Position numbers and translations under genes: made by a program. Source: Candidatus Saccharimonadota bacterium (GTDB lineage Bacteria > Pseudomonadota > Gammaproteobacteria > Enterobacterales > Enterobacteriaceae). From it: 32,000 nucleotides of DNA. Every line of letters begins with the position of its first letter. Position 1 is the stretch's first letter. Location of the stretch: contig CP145872.1 in the NCBI GenBank assembly GCA_041941795.1, forward strand, positions 180,001 through 212,000, in the 5' to 3' direction. The notes under the pieces were generated by a model. It worked only from the letters and a program-made list of their open reading frames with translations. It did no database searches and was not told where the DNA came from. Positions 8,724-18,540 of this stretch are shown in pieces.

Positions 8724-9587
8724 TTATCCTTTTCTATCTTGAGACGAACTATAATATGACCGGATAATAATTAGTAAACCTAATCCTATCATGGGAAGAG
8801 AAAAGATTTGTCCTATAGTTAGGAAATTATACAATAGTCCAATCTGGATATCTGGCTCTCGGTAGAATTCTACTATTATACGAAAAATACCATAGATAAT
8901 TAAAAACAATCCGGTGGCAGTTCCTATAGGTCGTATTTTACATGTCAAAATTTTTAATATTATATACAATAATATCCCTTCAAGAAAAAATTCATACAGT
9001 TGTGAAGGATGTCGAGGAAGACCTTGCTCTCTTTCTAAGAGAGAAAAATACTGCGGATGAGTACTAACAAATATAACATCTTCGGGATAAGCACGGGGAA
9101 ATATCATTGCCCAAGGGGTATGAATAGCTACCCGACCCCATAATTCTCCGTTAATAAAGTTTCCTATTCTACCTGCTCCTAGTCCCAAAGGGACTAAAGG
9201 TACCATAAAATCTGATACCTGCAAAATTTTTTTCTGGAACAGCAGTGAAAACCAAAAAATCACACAGATAATTCCTATTAATCCCCCATGAAAAGACATG
9301 CCACCTTTCCATATTTGAAATATCTCCAGTGGATTTTGGATAAAAAAATGAAGATTATAAAATACTACATATCCAATGCGTCCTCCTACAATTCCTGCTA
9401 AAAAAGCTATATATATTAAATATTCGAGCTCTTTTTTCGAACAAAATAGATTTATTCTACTTAATGCCATTTTCAGCGTAAATATAAAACTTATTAGATA
9501 CATAATTCCATACCAATAAATATCTACTGGTCCAATGGAAAAACAAACGGGGGAAAAAGAGGAAAGAAATAAATCGTTGGTGCTCAA
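8724..9587 (-). CDS. lgt: Phosphatidylglycerol-prolipoprotein diacylglyceryl transferase
   Basis: The 287-aa ORF contains [54 protein letters not shown] and [12 protein letters not shown], colinear with E. coli Lgt. The start must be the TTG at 9587. The next in-frame Met would delete conserved N-terminal sequence. Confidence 0.93.
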   Translation of the reverse strand: MSTNDLFLSSFSPVCFSIGPVDIYWYGIMYLISFIFTLKMALSRINLFCSKKELEYLIYIAFLAGIVGGRIGYVVFYNLHFFIQNPLEIFQIWKGGMSFHGGLIGIICVIFWFSLLFQKKILQVSDFMVPLVPLGLGAGRIGNFINGELWGRVAIHTPWAMIFPRAYPEDVIFVSTHPQYFSLLEREQGLPRHPSQLYEFFLEGILLYIILKILTCKIRPIGTATGLFLIIYGIFRIIVEFYREPDIQIGLLYNFLTIGQIFSLPMIGLGLLIIIRSYYSSSQDRKG

Positions 9588-9666
9588 TTAAACTATTACT
9601 CAATGCTTCTAGATAATAATCTAAAAGAAATTTTTCGAATTAATTATGAAGATACATTGTTAATGT

Positions 9667-9740
9667 CGCGCCTTGCAGGATTCGAACCTGCGACTTACGG
9701 CTTAGAAGGCCGTTGCTCTATCCAACTGAGCTAAAGGCGC
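9667..9740 (-). tRNA. argU: tRNA-Arg, anticodon UCU
   Basis: The reverse complement reads GCGCCTTTAGCTCAGTTGGATAGAGCAACGGCCTTCTAAGCCGTAAGTCGCAGGTTCGAATCCTGCAAGGCGCG. The acceptor is GCGCCTT/AAGGCGC and the anticodon loop CTTCTAA gives UCU. It is very close to remembered E. coli argU. It is followed by ACA, so no CCA is encoded. Confidence 0.93.
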
Positions 9741-9751
9741 TTCAATTAAAA

Positions 9752-9780
9752 TTGTTATTGCATTAACTCTATTCTATAAT
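9752..9780 (+). promoter_or_regulatory. Candidate sigma-70 promoter for folD (TTGTTA-N17-TATAAT)
   Basis: The -35-like TTGTTA is at 9752-9757, an exact 17-nt spacer follows, and a consensus -10 TATAAT is at 9775-9780. This lies about 50 nt upstream of the folD ATG at 9831. AT-rich DNA produces such matches by chance, so confidence is low. Confidence 0.3.
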
Positions 9781-9830
9781 ACGAATATATTTTCTTGAGT
9801 CAACTAGATATTTTTATCCGATATATTAAA

Positions 9831-10688
9831 ATGATAGCAGAAATTCTGGACGGTAAAAAAATTGCTCAGCAAATTCATAAAGATCTGGCCCAAAAAATTA
9901 GAAAAATCAGAATTTCGGGTCATCGAGAACCTTCTCTAGTAGTTATAATGATTAATAATGATTCTGCTTCTAAAATATATGTTAATAGTAAGCGACGAGC
10001 ATGTAAAGAAGTAGGCATCCGCTCCTATTATTATAATTTACCAATTACTACCTCAGAATATGAAATTATTCATTTAATAGAGCAACTGAACAAGGATCAT
10101 ACTAAAGATGGTATTTTAGTTCAACTACCTTTACCAAAAAGTCTTAATAGAATTAAAGTACTAGAAAAAATTTGTCCTGATAAAGATGTCGATGGTTTTC
10201 ATCCCTACAATATAGGAAGACTTTGTTTACGCAAACCACTCTTACGTCCCTGTACTCCTCAAGGAATTATTACCATGCTCAAATACTATAATATTCCTAT
10301 TTCTGGACTACATGCAGTGATAGTAGGTGCTTCCAATATTGTTGGACGACCAATGATCCTGGAATTATTACTATCCGGTTGTACTATCACAGTTACTCAT
10401 CGGTTAACGAAAAATATAGGACAGTATATAGAACAAGCAGATTTATTAATAGCTGCGGTAGGAAAACCAAATTTTATAATGGGAAATTGGATCAAGCCCG
10501 GATCAATAGTAATTGATGTAGGTATTAATTTTTTAAAAAATGGTTTATTGACCGGAGATGTCAATTTCGAACAAGCCCGCAAGCGCGCTCGGTTCATTAC
10601 TCCAGTACCGGGAGGGGTAGGACCACTGACAGTAGCAACGTTATTACAAAATACTCTGCAAGCATATGAAAGTCATACATCTTATTGA
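9831..10688 (+). CDS. folD: Bifunctional methylenetetrahydrofolate dehydrogenase/methenyl-THF cyclohydrolase
   Basis: [15 protein letters not shown] aligns with the E. coli FolD N-terminus [48 protein letters not shown] and [13 protein letters not shown] are all present. The ORF-track start at 9795 (TTG) adds 12 unaligned residues, so the ATG at 9831 is preferred. Confidence 0.93.
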   Translation: MIAEILDGKKIAQQIHKDLAQKIRKIRISGHREPSLVVIMINNDSASKIYVNSKRRACKEVGIRSYYYNLPITTSEYEIIHLIEQLNKDHTKDGILVQLPLPKSLNRIKVLEKICPDKDVDGFHPYNIGRLCLRKPLLRPCTPQGIITMLKYYNIPISGLHAVIVGASNIVGRPMILELLLSGCTITVTHRLTKNIGQYIEQADLLIAAVGKPNFIMGNWIKPGSIVIDVGINFLKNGLLTGDVNFEQARKRARFITPVPGGVGPLTVATLLQNTLQAYESHTSY

Positions 10689-11034
10689 ATAAATAATTTT
10701 TTTCTTGGCTTTTATCTCTCTCTTAAGAGCTAGTGATGAACCGCTTAATGTAATTCCCTTCCATAACTTCACTCTTGATCAAAACTTATGATCATCCTAA
10801 GAGGCACTTGATAATGGATTATGTCCATATCATTATACATCCTTAAAATTATTCCAAATAATATAAAATTATAAATATAATTTAAGTTAATAATTGATTT
10901 ATATCAGAAGATAAAATCTTCTGAATCAAGTATCATATCTAAATTATTTTTATGCACTTTTATATTAAGTATTCAGGATTTAATTACCTCCATATTAGAT
11001 TGATATTGATTAGAACGTTAGGAAAAAAAATATT

Positions 11035-11592
11035 TTGCATATTGATATTAAGAGTCTCATATCCCAATATGGATATTGGGCACTTTTTATTGGTTGTTTA
11101 ACTGAAGGGGAAACAATAATTCTGATAGGAGGGATATCCGCACAAAAAGGATTACTTAATTATGGTTTAGTCGTTTTGGTATGTCTTCTAGGAGGAGCAT
11201 TAGGAGATCAAATATTATTTCTCCTCGGATATTATTATAGTAATAGCAAAATATTTAAGAAATTGAAAAATACAAAACAAATAATTCGTGCTAAAAAAAT
11301 TCTTTATAAACACCCAATAATGTTTATTATTGGAGTCAGATTTATGTATGGTTTTCGTATTGCCGGTCCTCTTATTATAGGAGCGAGCAAACTAAGAAAA
11401 TTAAGATTTTTTATCTTTAATTTATTGGGAGCGTTTCTGTGGTCATTATTTTTCGTAACTTTAGGTTATCTAGGGGGAGAAATGATTCTTCCGTGGTTAC
11501 ATAATTTTGAGCGCGATATGAAGTATCTCATTGTGGTGGTGATATCGCTGGTGTTTATATTGATAACGCGTCAGTTGTGCGGTAGAAAATAG
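11035..11592 (+). CDS. yohD: DedA-family inner membrane protein (YohD-like)
   Basis: The 185-aa ORF contains LISQYGYWALFIGCLTEGET, GGALGDQ, RFMYGFRIAGPLIIGAS and LGAFLWSLFFVTLGY, colinear with remembered E. coli YohD (192 aa). A TTG start is required because there is no nearby in-frame ATG. Confidence 0.85.
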   Translation: MHIDIKSLISQYGYWALFIGCLTEGETIILIGGISAQKGLLNYGLVVLVCLLGGALGDQILFLLGYYYSNSKIFKKLKNTKQIIRAKKILYKHPIMFIIGVRFMYGFRIAGPLIIGASKLRKLRFFIFNLLGAFLWSLFFVTLGYLGGEMILPWLHNFERDMKYLIVVVISLVFILITRQLCGRK

Positions 11593-11651
11593 CATTGAAG
11601 AAGACTTTTATCTTGTAAATAAGATGGAAACTATTAACTTTTCTTTTTCCT

Positions 11652-11706
11652 TACTCCACGCAGCGCTATACAAAAATTCTTATGAGTACTGGCACTGCGT
11701 GGAGTA
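11652..11706. repeat. GC-rich inverted repeat (12-bp perfect arms) between convergent yohD and ybhL
   Basis: TACTCCACGCAG (11652-11663) is the exact reverse complement of CTGCGTGGAGTA (11695-11706). After one mismatch, 4 further inner pairs are possible (11665-11668 with 11690-11693). This leaves a loop of about 21 nt. Confidence 0.7.
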
Positions 11707-11737
11707 TAGTTCTAACTAGTGACAATATAACTAACTA

Positions 11738-12448
11738 CTACCTACGATTACTTAAAATACGCATAAGCATTACAAAGAGATTCACAAAATCCAGATATAA
11801 CGTCAATGCTCCCAGAATGGCATAACGACGTAAAATATCAGGGTTAGATTCATCAATCTGATTACCAATATTTTTTAGTTTTTGGGTGTCCCAAGAAATT
11901 AAACCAACGAATATCACCACTCCAAAATAAGATATCCCACGCATTATCGTAGTACTGTGTAACCAAGTATTCACTATAGAGGATAGTAATAATCCTACTA
12001 ACGCCATAAAGAGTATACTTCCCAGGCTAGTAAGATTACGTTTGGTAGTATAACCCCACAAAGTCATGGCACCAAACATACCACTAGTTATAAGAAAGGT
12101 GCTAGCAATAGTCAAATAAGAATAAAATAAAAAAATACTTGATAATGTGATCCCGGTAAGTACTGAGTAAAGCATAAATAAACCTGTAGCCATTGCCCCA
12201 GTCATTTTATGTACCATACTGGAAAGTATCAATACTATCCCTAACTGAAGAATAACTAAGACAAATAAATTTACTCTGTTGGAGAAGATAAAAGCTAAGA
12301 CTGACCAAGAATTAGCCGCATACCAAGAAACAAAAGCAGTTAATAGCAGTCCGCATGACATCCATCCATAAACGTGAGCAATATAAACTGGTATTGGATT
12401 ATCACGGGGGTGAATAATACTACCCGATCTACGATGATTATGTTCCAT
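11738..12448 (-). CDS. ybhL: BAX inhibitor-1/YccA-family inner membrane protein (YbhL-like)
   Basis: The 236-aa ORF contains AHVYGWMSCGLLLTAFVSWYAANS, LFMLYSVLTGITLSSIF, GMFGAMTLWGYTTKR, WDTQKLKN and ILGALTLYLDFVNLFVMLMRI..NRR, colinear with remembered E. coli YbhL (234 aa). A strong AGGAGG Shine-Dalgarno lies upstream. Confidence 0.88.
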   Translation of the reverse strand: MEHNHRRSGSIIHPRDNPIPVYIAHVYGWMSCGLLLTAFVSWYAANSWSVLAFIFSNRVNLFVLVILQLGIVLILSSMVHKMTGAMATGLFMLYSVLTGITLSSIFLFYSYLTIASTFLITSGMFGAMTLWGYTTKRNLTSLGSILFMALVGLLLSSIVNTWLHSTTIMRGISYFGVVIFVGLISWDTQKLKNIGNQIDESNPDILRRYAILGALTLYLDFVNLFVMLMRILSNRR

Positions 12449-12692
12449 ATTTCCTCCTGGCTAAATAAAGAATATTTTATCAAACTGTAATTAATTGAGT
12501 ACCGGAACCATACTACATCCACACCATTTTGTAATGGAAAACTTACTACCGCTGGTAATTAATTTTTACAAAAAAAAAGATCCACATTGTAATAAAATTA
12601 TTACATAATGGGTAATGTTTAATTTAGAATATATTGCCTATTATCTACCATTGTATTATATTACATAACTATCTTTGTGAGTATTGATTAGT

Positions 12693-13394
12693 ATGATTGT
12701 AAATAAAATTATTTTTCTCCGTCATGGAGAAAGCGAATGGAATAAGAAAAATTGTTTTAGCGGATGGTATGATATTAACCTATCGGAAAAAGGAGAAGCT
12801 GAAGCAAAATTGGCCGGACAAGTTTTAAAACAAGAAGGATGGTATTTTGACTATGCTTTTACCTCGGTCTTAAAACGAGCTATTCAGAGCTTGGGTATTA
12901 TTTTAGATGTTTTGGACCAATCTTGGTTACCAATAGAAAAATCTTGGAAACTAAACGAACGTCATTATGGCGCATTACAAGGTATGAATAAGAACGAGAT
13001 GACTAATAAATATGGGTTAGAAAAAATTAACCAGTGGAGACGAGGATGGAATTATCTTCCTCCTGCTTTGAAAAGCCAGTATGAAAAATTTTCCGGACAT
13101 GATTTTCGATATGCTTATTTAAATAATTTTCCGTTAACTGAAAGCCTAGAATTAACTTCTAGAAGAGTAATTGCTTACTGGAAAGAAGTAATTTTTCCTC
13201 GTTTTAAACTAGGTCAAAGCATTATTATTACTGCACATGGTAATTCTTTACGTGCTCTTCTAAAATATTTAAATTACTTAACTGCAAATGACATAATATA
13301 TGTAAATATTCCTACAGGAATCCCAATAGTATATGAATTTACCAAAGACTTTCAACCTACTAGATACTATTATCTCTTTAATGTTAGTCAGTAA
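12693..13394 (+). CDS. gpmA: 2,3-bisphosphoglycerate-dependent phosphoglycerate mutase
   Basis: LRHGESEWN (phosphohistidine motif), [32 protein letters not shown] and AHGNSLRAL match E. coli GpmA. From the ATG at 12693, [12 protein letters not shown] matches the E. coli spacing MAVTKLVLVRHG exactly. The ORF-track TTG at 12684 is a less likely alternative. The alanine-rich C-terminal tail of E. coli GpmA is absent. Confidence 0.92.
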   Translation: MIVNKIIFLRHGESEWNKKNCFSGWYDINLSEKGEAEAKLAGQVLKQEGWYFDYAFTSVLKRAIQSLGIILDVLDQSWLPIEKSWKLNERHYGALQGMNKNEMTNKYGLEKINQWRRGWNYLPPALKSQYEKFSGHDFRYAYLNNFPLTESLELTSRRVIAYWKEVIFPRFKLGQSIIITAHGNSLRALLKYLNYLTANDIIYVNIPTGIPIVYEFTKDFQPTRYYYLFNVSQ

Positions 13395-13529
13395 AAATTT
13401 TAAACTTATGGATAAGTAAGATGACTTAAAATTAATATAATTTAAATTTTTTTAAATAACTACTTGTATAGTAGCATTAACCATTTACAATATTAAACTC
13501 TCATAATCAACATATATCATATATATCAG

Positions 13530-15869
13530 ATGTACTCAAAGAAACAGCTCCTATTTTACCAGCTTTTAAGTAAACGACAGTTGAATAATCGTTTGTTGGT
13601 AACAAAACGTGATGGACATACCGAATATATTAATTGGGATAAGATTCAACAAGTAATTATCTGGGCTTCGGAAGGATTATATAATGTCTCTGTGTCTCAA
13701 GTAGAATTACATGCTCATATTCAATTTTATGATGGCATGAAAACTTCTCAGATTCAGGAAACCATTATTAAATCTGCTGCCGATCTTATTTCTGTTGAAC
13801 ATCCGGATTATCAATATGTAGCGGCCCGACTATCTATTTTTCATCTTCGCAAAAGAGCTTTTGGACAATTTCAACCACCTAAGCTATATGATCAAGTCAC
13901 TCGTATGGTCAAGAAGGGTAAATATGACTCTAGTCTTTTAGAAGACTATACCAAAGAAGAATTCGAAATTATGGATAATTTTATTGATCATTGGCGTGAT
14001 ATGAATTTTTCATATGCGGCAGTTAAACAACTTGAAGCTAAGTATTTAGTACAAGATCGTGTAACTGGTAAAATATATGAAAGTGCTCAGTTTTTATATA
14101 TATTAGTGGCTGCGTGTCTATTTTCCGATTATCCCCGTAAAACGCGCTTGGATTATATCCGCCGTTTTTATAATGCTATTTCTACTTTCAAAATATCACT
14201 TCCCACTCCTATTATGGCCGGGGTACGTACTCCTACACGTCAATTTAGTTCGTGTGTATTAATAGAATGTGGTGATAGTTTAGATTCAATCAATGCTACT
14301 GCTAGTGTTATTATCAAATATGTTTCTCAGAGAGCAGGAATAGGTATTAATGGGGGCCGAATTAGAGCAATGGGAAGTCCAATTCGGGGAGGAGAAGCCT
14401 TCCATACCGGATGTATTCCTTTCTATCGACATTTTCAGACGGCTGTAAAATCATGTTCCCAAGGAGGAGTGAGAGGAGGAGCAGCCACGTTATTTTATCC
14501 CTTATGGCATTTGGAAGTAGAAAATTTACTCGTCCTTAAAAATAATCGTGGGATAGAAGATAATAGGGTTCGCCATCTCGATTATGCAGTACAAATTAAT
14601 AAATTAATGTACCAGCGACTCATCACTGGGGAATATATTACTCTCTTTAGCCCATCGGATGTGCCCGATCTATATGAGTCATTTTTTTCTGATCAAGAAA
14701 AATTTGAACATTTATATGTTCAATATGAACATACTGCCTCTATCACTAGAAGAAAGCGGATTAAAGCAGTAGAAATTTTTTCACTTCTAATGCAGGAACG
14801 TACAGGAACCGGTAGAATTTATATTCAAAATGTTGATCATTGTAATACACATAGTCCTTTTGATCCGAGGCTAGCTCCGATAAGACAATCTAATCTGTGT
14901 TTAGAAGTATTATTACCAACAAAACCATTGTCTAACGTTAATGATGAAAATGGTGAAATTGCTTTGTGTACTCTTTCGGCTTTTAATTTAGGTGAAATTA
15001 GTCATTTAGATGAACTGCAAGAGCTATCAGTACTGATAGTACGTGCACTAGATGCTTTATTAGATTATCAAAAATATCCCATTGTAGCGGCCCAGCATGC
15101 CGCAAGAGGTCGACGTTCATTAGGAGTAGGGGTGATTAATTTTGCTTATTATTTAGCTAATCATGGAGTCCGCTATTCTGATGGAAGTGCTAATCATCTC
15201 ACTCATAAAACTTTTGAAGCTATCCAGTTTTATCTTTTAAAAGCTTCTAATGAATTAGCGAAAGAACAGGGTGTATGTCCTTACTTCCATGAAACTAATT
15301 ATTTCAAAGGAATCTTACCAATTGATACATATAAAAAAAAATTAGATGAAATCGTTCAAACACCATTATATTATGATTGGGAACAGTTACGGAAAAATAT
15401 TAAATCCTATGGATTACGTAACTCTACCCTAACAGCGTTAATGCCTTCAGAAACATCTTCGCAAATTTCTAACGCCACTAATGGTATTGAACCCCCACGG
15501 GGTTATATTAGTATCAAAGCATCAAAAGATGGCATTTTACAGCAAGTGGTCCCCAAATATCAAACCCTTAAAAATTTTTATGAATTACTATGGGACCTGT
15601 CAGGAAACGAAGGTTATTTAGAGTTAGTAGGAATAATGCAAAAATTTGTAGATCAATCTATTTCCGCTAATACCCATTACGATCCTACAATGTATCCATC
15701 TGGTAAAATACCTATGAATACATTACTAAAAGATTTATTAAAAGCCTGGTCACTAGGGATAAAAACTTTATATTATCAAAATACGCGCGATGGTGCTACC
15801 GGAGGATTTCAATCTCCCCTAGTTTTAGTAGGTTTAGATAATTGTGAAAGCGGAGCATGCAAAATTTAG
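13530..15869 (+). CDS. nrdA: Class Ia ribonucleoside-diphosphate reductase alpha subunit
   Basis: The 779-aa ORF is colinear with E. coli NrdA throughout. Matches include LLVTKRDG, the ATP-cone region, [18 protein letters not shown], the active-site [26 protein letters not shown] and the C-terminal CESGACKI. The ATG at 13530 gives about 17 extra N-terminal residues. An in-frame TTG at 13581 would reproduce the E. coli N-terminus exactly, so the start is uncertain. Confidence 0.93.
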   Translation: MYSKKQLLFYQLLSKRQLNNRLLVTKRDGHTEYINWDKIQQVIIWASEGLYNVSVSQVELHAHIQFYDGMKTSQIQETIIKSAADLISVEHPDYQYVAARLSIFHLRKRAFGQFQPPKLYDQVTRMVKKGKYDSSLLEDYTKEEFEIMDNFIDHWRDMNFSYAAVKQLEAKYLVQDRVTGKIYESAQFLYILVAACLFSDYPRKTRLDYIRRFYNAISTFKISLPTPIMAGVRTPTRQFSSCVLIECGDSLDSINATASVIIKYVSQRAGIGINGGRIRAMGSPIRGGEAFHTGCIPFYRHFQTAVKSCSQGGVRGGAATLFYPLWHLEVENLLVLKNNRGIEDNRVRHLDYAVQINKLMYQRLITGEYITLFSPSDVPDLYESFFSDQEKFEHLYVQYEHTASITRRKRIKAVEIFSLLMQERTGTGRIYIQNVDHCNTHSPFDPRLAPIRQSNLCLEVLLPTKPLSNVNDENGEIALCTLSAFNLGEISHLDELQELSVLIVRALDALLDYQKYPIVAAQHAARGRRSLGVGVINFAYYLANHGVRYSDGSANHLTHKTFEAIQFYLLKASNELAKEQGVCPYFHETNYFKGILPIDTYKKKLDEIVQTPLYYDWEQLRKNIKSYGLRNSTLTALMPSETSSQISNATNGIEPPRGYISIKASKDGILQQVVPKYQTLKNFYELLWDLSGNEGYLELVGIMQKFVDQSISANTHYDPTMYPSGKIPMNTLLKDLLKAWSLGIKTLYYQNTRDGATGGFQSPLVLVGLDNCESGACKI

Positions 15870-15885
15870 GAGAATTGATCAGCAT

Positions 15886-17019
15886 ATGACTTACACTATT
15901 TTTTCACAAAATAAAAATAATCAACTTAAAGAACCCATGTTTTTTGGACAACCAGTTAATATTGTTCGATACGATCAACAAAAATATTCTTTTTTTGAAA
16001 AATTAATTGAGAAGCAACTTTCCTTCTTTTGGCGTCCTGAAGAAATAGATGTTTCAAAAGATCGAATTGATTTTTTTAAACTTCCTGAGCATGAGAAAAA
16101 TATCTTTCTCAGTAATCTTAAATATCAGACTCTACTGGATTCTATTCAGGGTCGGAGTCCTAATATAGCCTTTCTACCTTTAATTTCATTACCAGAATTA
16201 GAAACCTGGGTAACTACTTGGTCGTTCTCAGAGACTATTCATTCTCGTTCTTATACTCATATAATTCGGAATATCGTTAATGAACCCGGCCATATTTTTG
16301 ATGATATTGTTACTAATGAACATATTATAAGAAGAGCTAAAGATATTTCCGTTTATTACGATAATTTAATTCAGATGACAAGTTATTGGCATCTACTTGG
16401 AGAAGGTAAACATCAAGTTAATGGTAAAACTATTATTATTGATCTACAAACAATTAAAAAACAATTATATCTGTGTCTAATGAGTGTGAATGTACTAGAA
16501 GCAATACGTTTTTATGTGAGTTTCGCTTGTTCTTTTGCATTTGCAGAACGTGAAATGATGGAAGGGAATGCCAAAATTATTCGATTAATTGCCCGGGATG
16601 AAGCACTTCATTTAACTGGTACACAGTTTATGATCAATCTCTTGCATTCCGGACAAGATGATAGCGAAATGTCACTTATAACTAAAGAATGTAGAGCCGA
16701 GTGTTACGAATTATTCGTACAAGGAGCCCTTCAAGAAAAAGAGTGGGCCGAATATTTATTCCAGAATGGATCTATGGTAGGATTAAATCAAGAAATATTA
16801 TGTCAATATATTGAATACATAACAAATTTAAGAATGCTAGCCGTAGATCTTGAGATGCCCTTTCCAAATCATTCTAATCCGATTCCATGGATCAATTCTT
16901 GGCTTCTATCTGATAACGTACAGGTTGCCGCACAAGAAGCTGAATTAAGTTCTTATTTAGTAGGACAGATAGATTCTTCCGTAAGTACAGAGGAACTAAG
17001 TAAAATTAAATTGGATTAA
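15886..17019 (+). CDS. nrdB: Class Ia ribonucleoside-diphosphate reductase beta subunit
   Basis: [25 protein letters not shown] aligns with the E. coli NrdB N-terminus [39 protein letters not shown] (Tyr-radical region) and [10 protein letters not shown] (iron ligands) are present. AGGAG at 15868-15872 precedes the ATG at 15886. The ORF-track start at 15844 overlaps the nrdA 3' end and adds unaligned residues. Confidence 0.95.
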   Translation: MTYTIFSQNKNNQLKEPMFFGQPVNIVRYDQQKYSFFEKLIEKQLSFFWRPEEIDVSKDRIDFFKLPEHEKNIFLSNLKYQTLLDSIQGRSPNIAFLPLISLPELETWVTTWSFSETIHSRSYTHIIRNIVNEPGHIFDDIVTNEHIIRRAKDISVYYDNLIQMTSYWHLLGEGKHQVNGKTIIIDLQTIKKQLYLCLMSVNVLEAIRFYVSFACSFAFAEREMMEGNAKIIRLIARDEALHLTGTQFMINLLHSGQDDSEMSLITKECRAECYELFVQGALQEKEWAEYLFQNGSMVGLNQEILCQYIEYITNLRMLAVDLEMPFPNHSNPIPWINSWLLSDNVQVAAQEAELSSYLVGQIDSSVSTEELSKIKLD

Positions 17020-17041
17020 GGATTTTTAATGTATTATTAAA

Positions 17042-18502
17042 TTAATAAGGTATAGGATGAGCGTACTTTATAAAAGTAATCACTAATTGTGGAATTAATC
17101 CTAAGATTATCACTAATATTGTTAATATTAATACGGCTATGTTAACGCTTATGCGTCCAATAGTTAACGGAGTGTTGTAATTTGGTGCAATATTCTCCAT
17201 TGGAGATAAGTATAAATATACTGTAATTCGTAAATAATAACAAATAGCTATTACACTACCTATCATGAATCCTATCATTAACCACCAAGCGTGCATTATT
17301 ATTATTAACATAATAAGATAAAATTTACCGATAAATCCTAAAGTCATGGGGATTCCTGCTAATGATAACATCATTATGGTCATCATTATCGATAGAACTG
17401 GAGATTTCCAAAAAAGACCACGATAATCATCTATACTAGAACTCTGATTTCTACTAGAGATCAAAGTTATTATTCCTAATAATCCTAAGCTATTTAATAA
17501 ATATCCAAGTAAATAAATTTCAGCTGTTTCTAGAGTAAACAAATGTTTATTAATAAAAATTAATGATATCCACAAATATCCCAAATGAGCTATAGAAGAA
17601 TATCCTAAAAATCTTTTAAGATTTTTTTGATAAAAAGCTAGTAAATTACCGACTACAATAGATAAAAATGCCATTATTTCTAGGACCATGCGTATGGCCT
17701 CATGATCGGTAATAGATACTAATATTAAAAATCTCGTAATAGCACTAAAAATTGCTATTTTAATAGTAGTAGCTAAAAAAGTAATTACAGGAGTAGGCAC
17801 TCCTTGATATACATCTGGAGTCCAGAAGTGAAAAGGCACTAGGGATAGTTTAAATCCTATACTGGTAATCAATAACGCTAAACCTACCAATAATAACGGA
17901 TATTTATTTAAATACTCTGCAGTAAGTTCAGGTCCTATTTCTGAAAAAACTAGATTACCAAAGTGTCCATATATGAGAGCCAGACTAAATAAAAGAAAAG
18001 ATGTAGATATAAAAGATAGCATACTATATTTAATGCATGCTTCTATCGAGAACTTATTATGAGAAGCATAACCGATTATTCCTAATAAGGGGACGGACAT
18101 AAGTTCTATACCGATAAATAGTGAGGCAAAATTATTAGCACTTGCTAACAAAATTCCACCTAGAGAAGCTATTAATAATAATAAGTAAAATTCTTCTTTG
18201 TCAGGATAAAAAGTGAGCCATATATTAGAGAAGATGACCGTTGCCAAACTAGAAATGAGGATCAAAATACTAAAAAATATAGAATACCCATCTAGAGATA
18301 GAAAGGGAATAATAACAAATCTTTCTGTATACCTACAATATATTAATACTGAGATAGAGAGCAATAACCCAGTTAATGTCAATATAAAGCTGCATCCTGA
18401 ATTGCGTCGCGATATTACCATAGAGATAAGAACTAGAATAATCATCGCTCCGATAATGAACATCGGAAGTAAAGATAAGAGCATTTTAATCTCGATATTC
18501 AT
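17042..18502 (-). CDS. nuoN: NADH:quinone oxidoreductase subunit N
   Basis: This 486-aa polytopic membrane ORF is the last gene of the nuo order. It has antiporter-like subunit features (FHFWTPDVYQG, SSIAHLGY). Its size is that of E. coli NuoN. Confidence 0.9.
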   Translation of the reverse strand: MNIEIKMLLSLLPMFIIGAMIILVLISMVISRRNSGCSFILTLTGLLLSISVLIYCRYTERFVIIPFLSLDGYSIFFSILILISSLATVIFSNIWLTFYPDKEEFYLLLLIASLGGILLASANNFASLFIGIELMSVPLLGIIGYASHNKFSIEACIKYSMLSFISTSFLLFSLALIYGHFGNLVFSEIGPELTAEYLNKYPLLLVGLALLITSIGFKLSLVPFHFWTPDVYQGVPTPVITFLATTIKIAIFSAITRFLILVSITDHEAIRMVLEIMAFLSIVVGNLLAFYQKNLKRFLGYSSIAHLGYLWISLIFINKHLFTLETAEIYLLGYLLNSLGLLGIITLISSRNQSSSIDDYRGLFWKSPVLSIMMTIMMLSLAGIPMTLGFIGKFYLIMLIIIMHAWWLMIGFMIGSVIAICYYLRITVYLYLSPMENIAPNYNTPLTIGRISVNIAVLILTILVIILGLIPQLVITFIKYAHPIPY

Positions 18503-18540
18503 TTTTTCTTCCTAATTACTACTAGTAGTTTTGAGTTTTA

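Noticed and set aside
10397-10597. 66-aa antisense ORF inside folD.
   Set aside because: It is nested antisense to a strongly supported gene, with no independent evidence.
12340-12522. 60-aa minus-strand ORF overlapping the 5' end of ybhL in another frame.
   Set aside because: It overlaps the conserved ybhL N-terminus and its AGGAGG RBS, and has no homology features.
12588-12605. Inverted repeat TGTAATAA-AA-TTATTACA in the divergent ybhL/gpmA promoter region, with nearby CATAATGGGTAATG. It was considered as a Fur or CRP-type operator because gpmA is Fur-regulated in E. coli.
   Set aside because: It is a poor match to the Fur box (GATAATGATAATCATTATC), and its spacing is wrong for CRP (TGTGA-N6-TCACA). 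Pure A/T palindromes of this size are common by chance here, and reduced symbionts usually lack these regulators.
13460-13528. Possible NrdR operator boxes upstream of nrdA: the palindrome CTACT-TGTAT-AGTAG at 13460-13474 and the AT-alternating tract ACATATATCATATATAT near 13510-13528.
   Set aside because: Neither fits the published 16-bp NrdR consensus (acaCwAtATaTwGtgt) better than about 9/16. The first palindrome has odd rather than even symmetry. The second abuts the ATG. Presence of nrdR in this genome is unknown.
18213-18515. 100-aa plus-strand ORF antisense to the nuoN 5' region. Similar nested ORFs occur at 19160-19393, 21215-21397, 22592-22834, 27658-27900, 27738-28022 and 31252-31452.
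   Set aside because: All are nested inside or antisense to nuo genes whose frames are supported by strong colinear similarity and cofactor motifs. None has its own recognisable domain.
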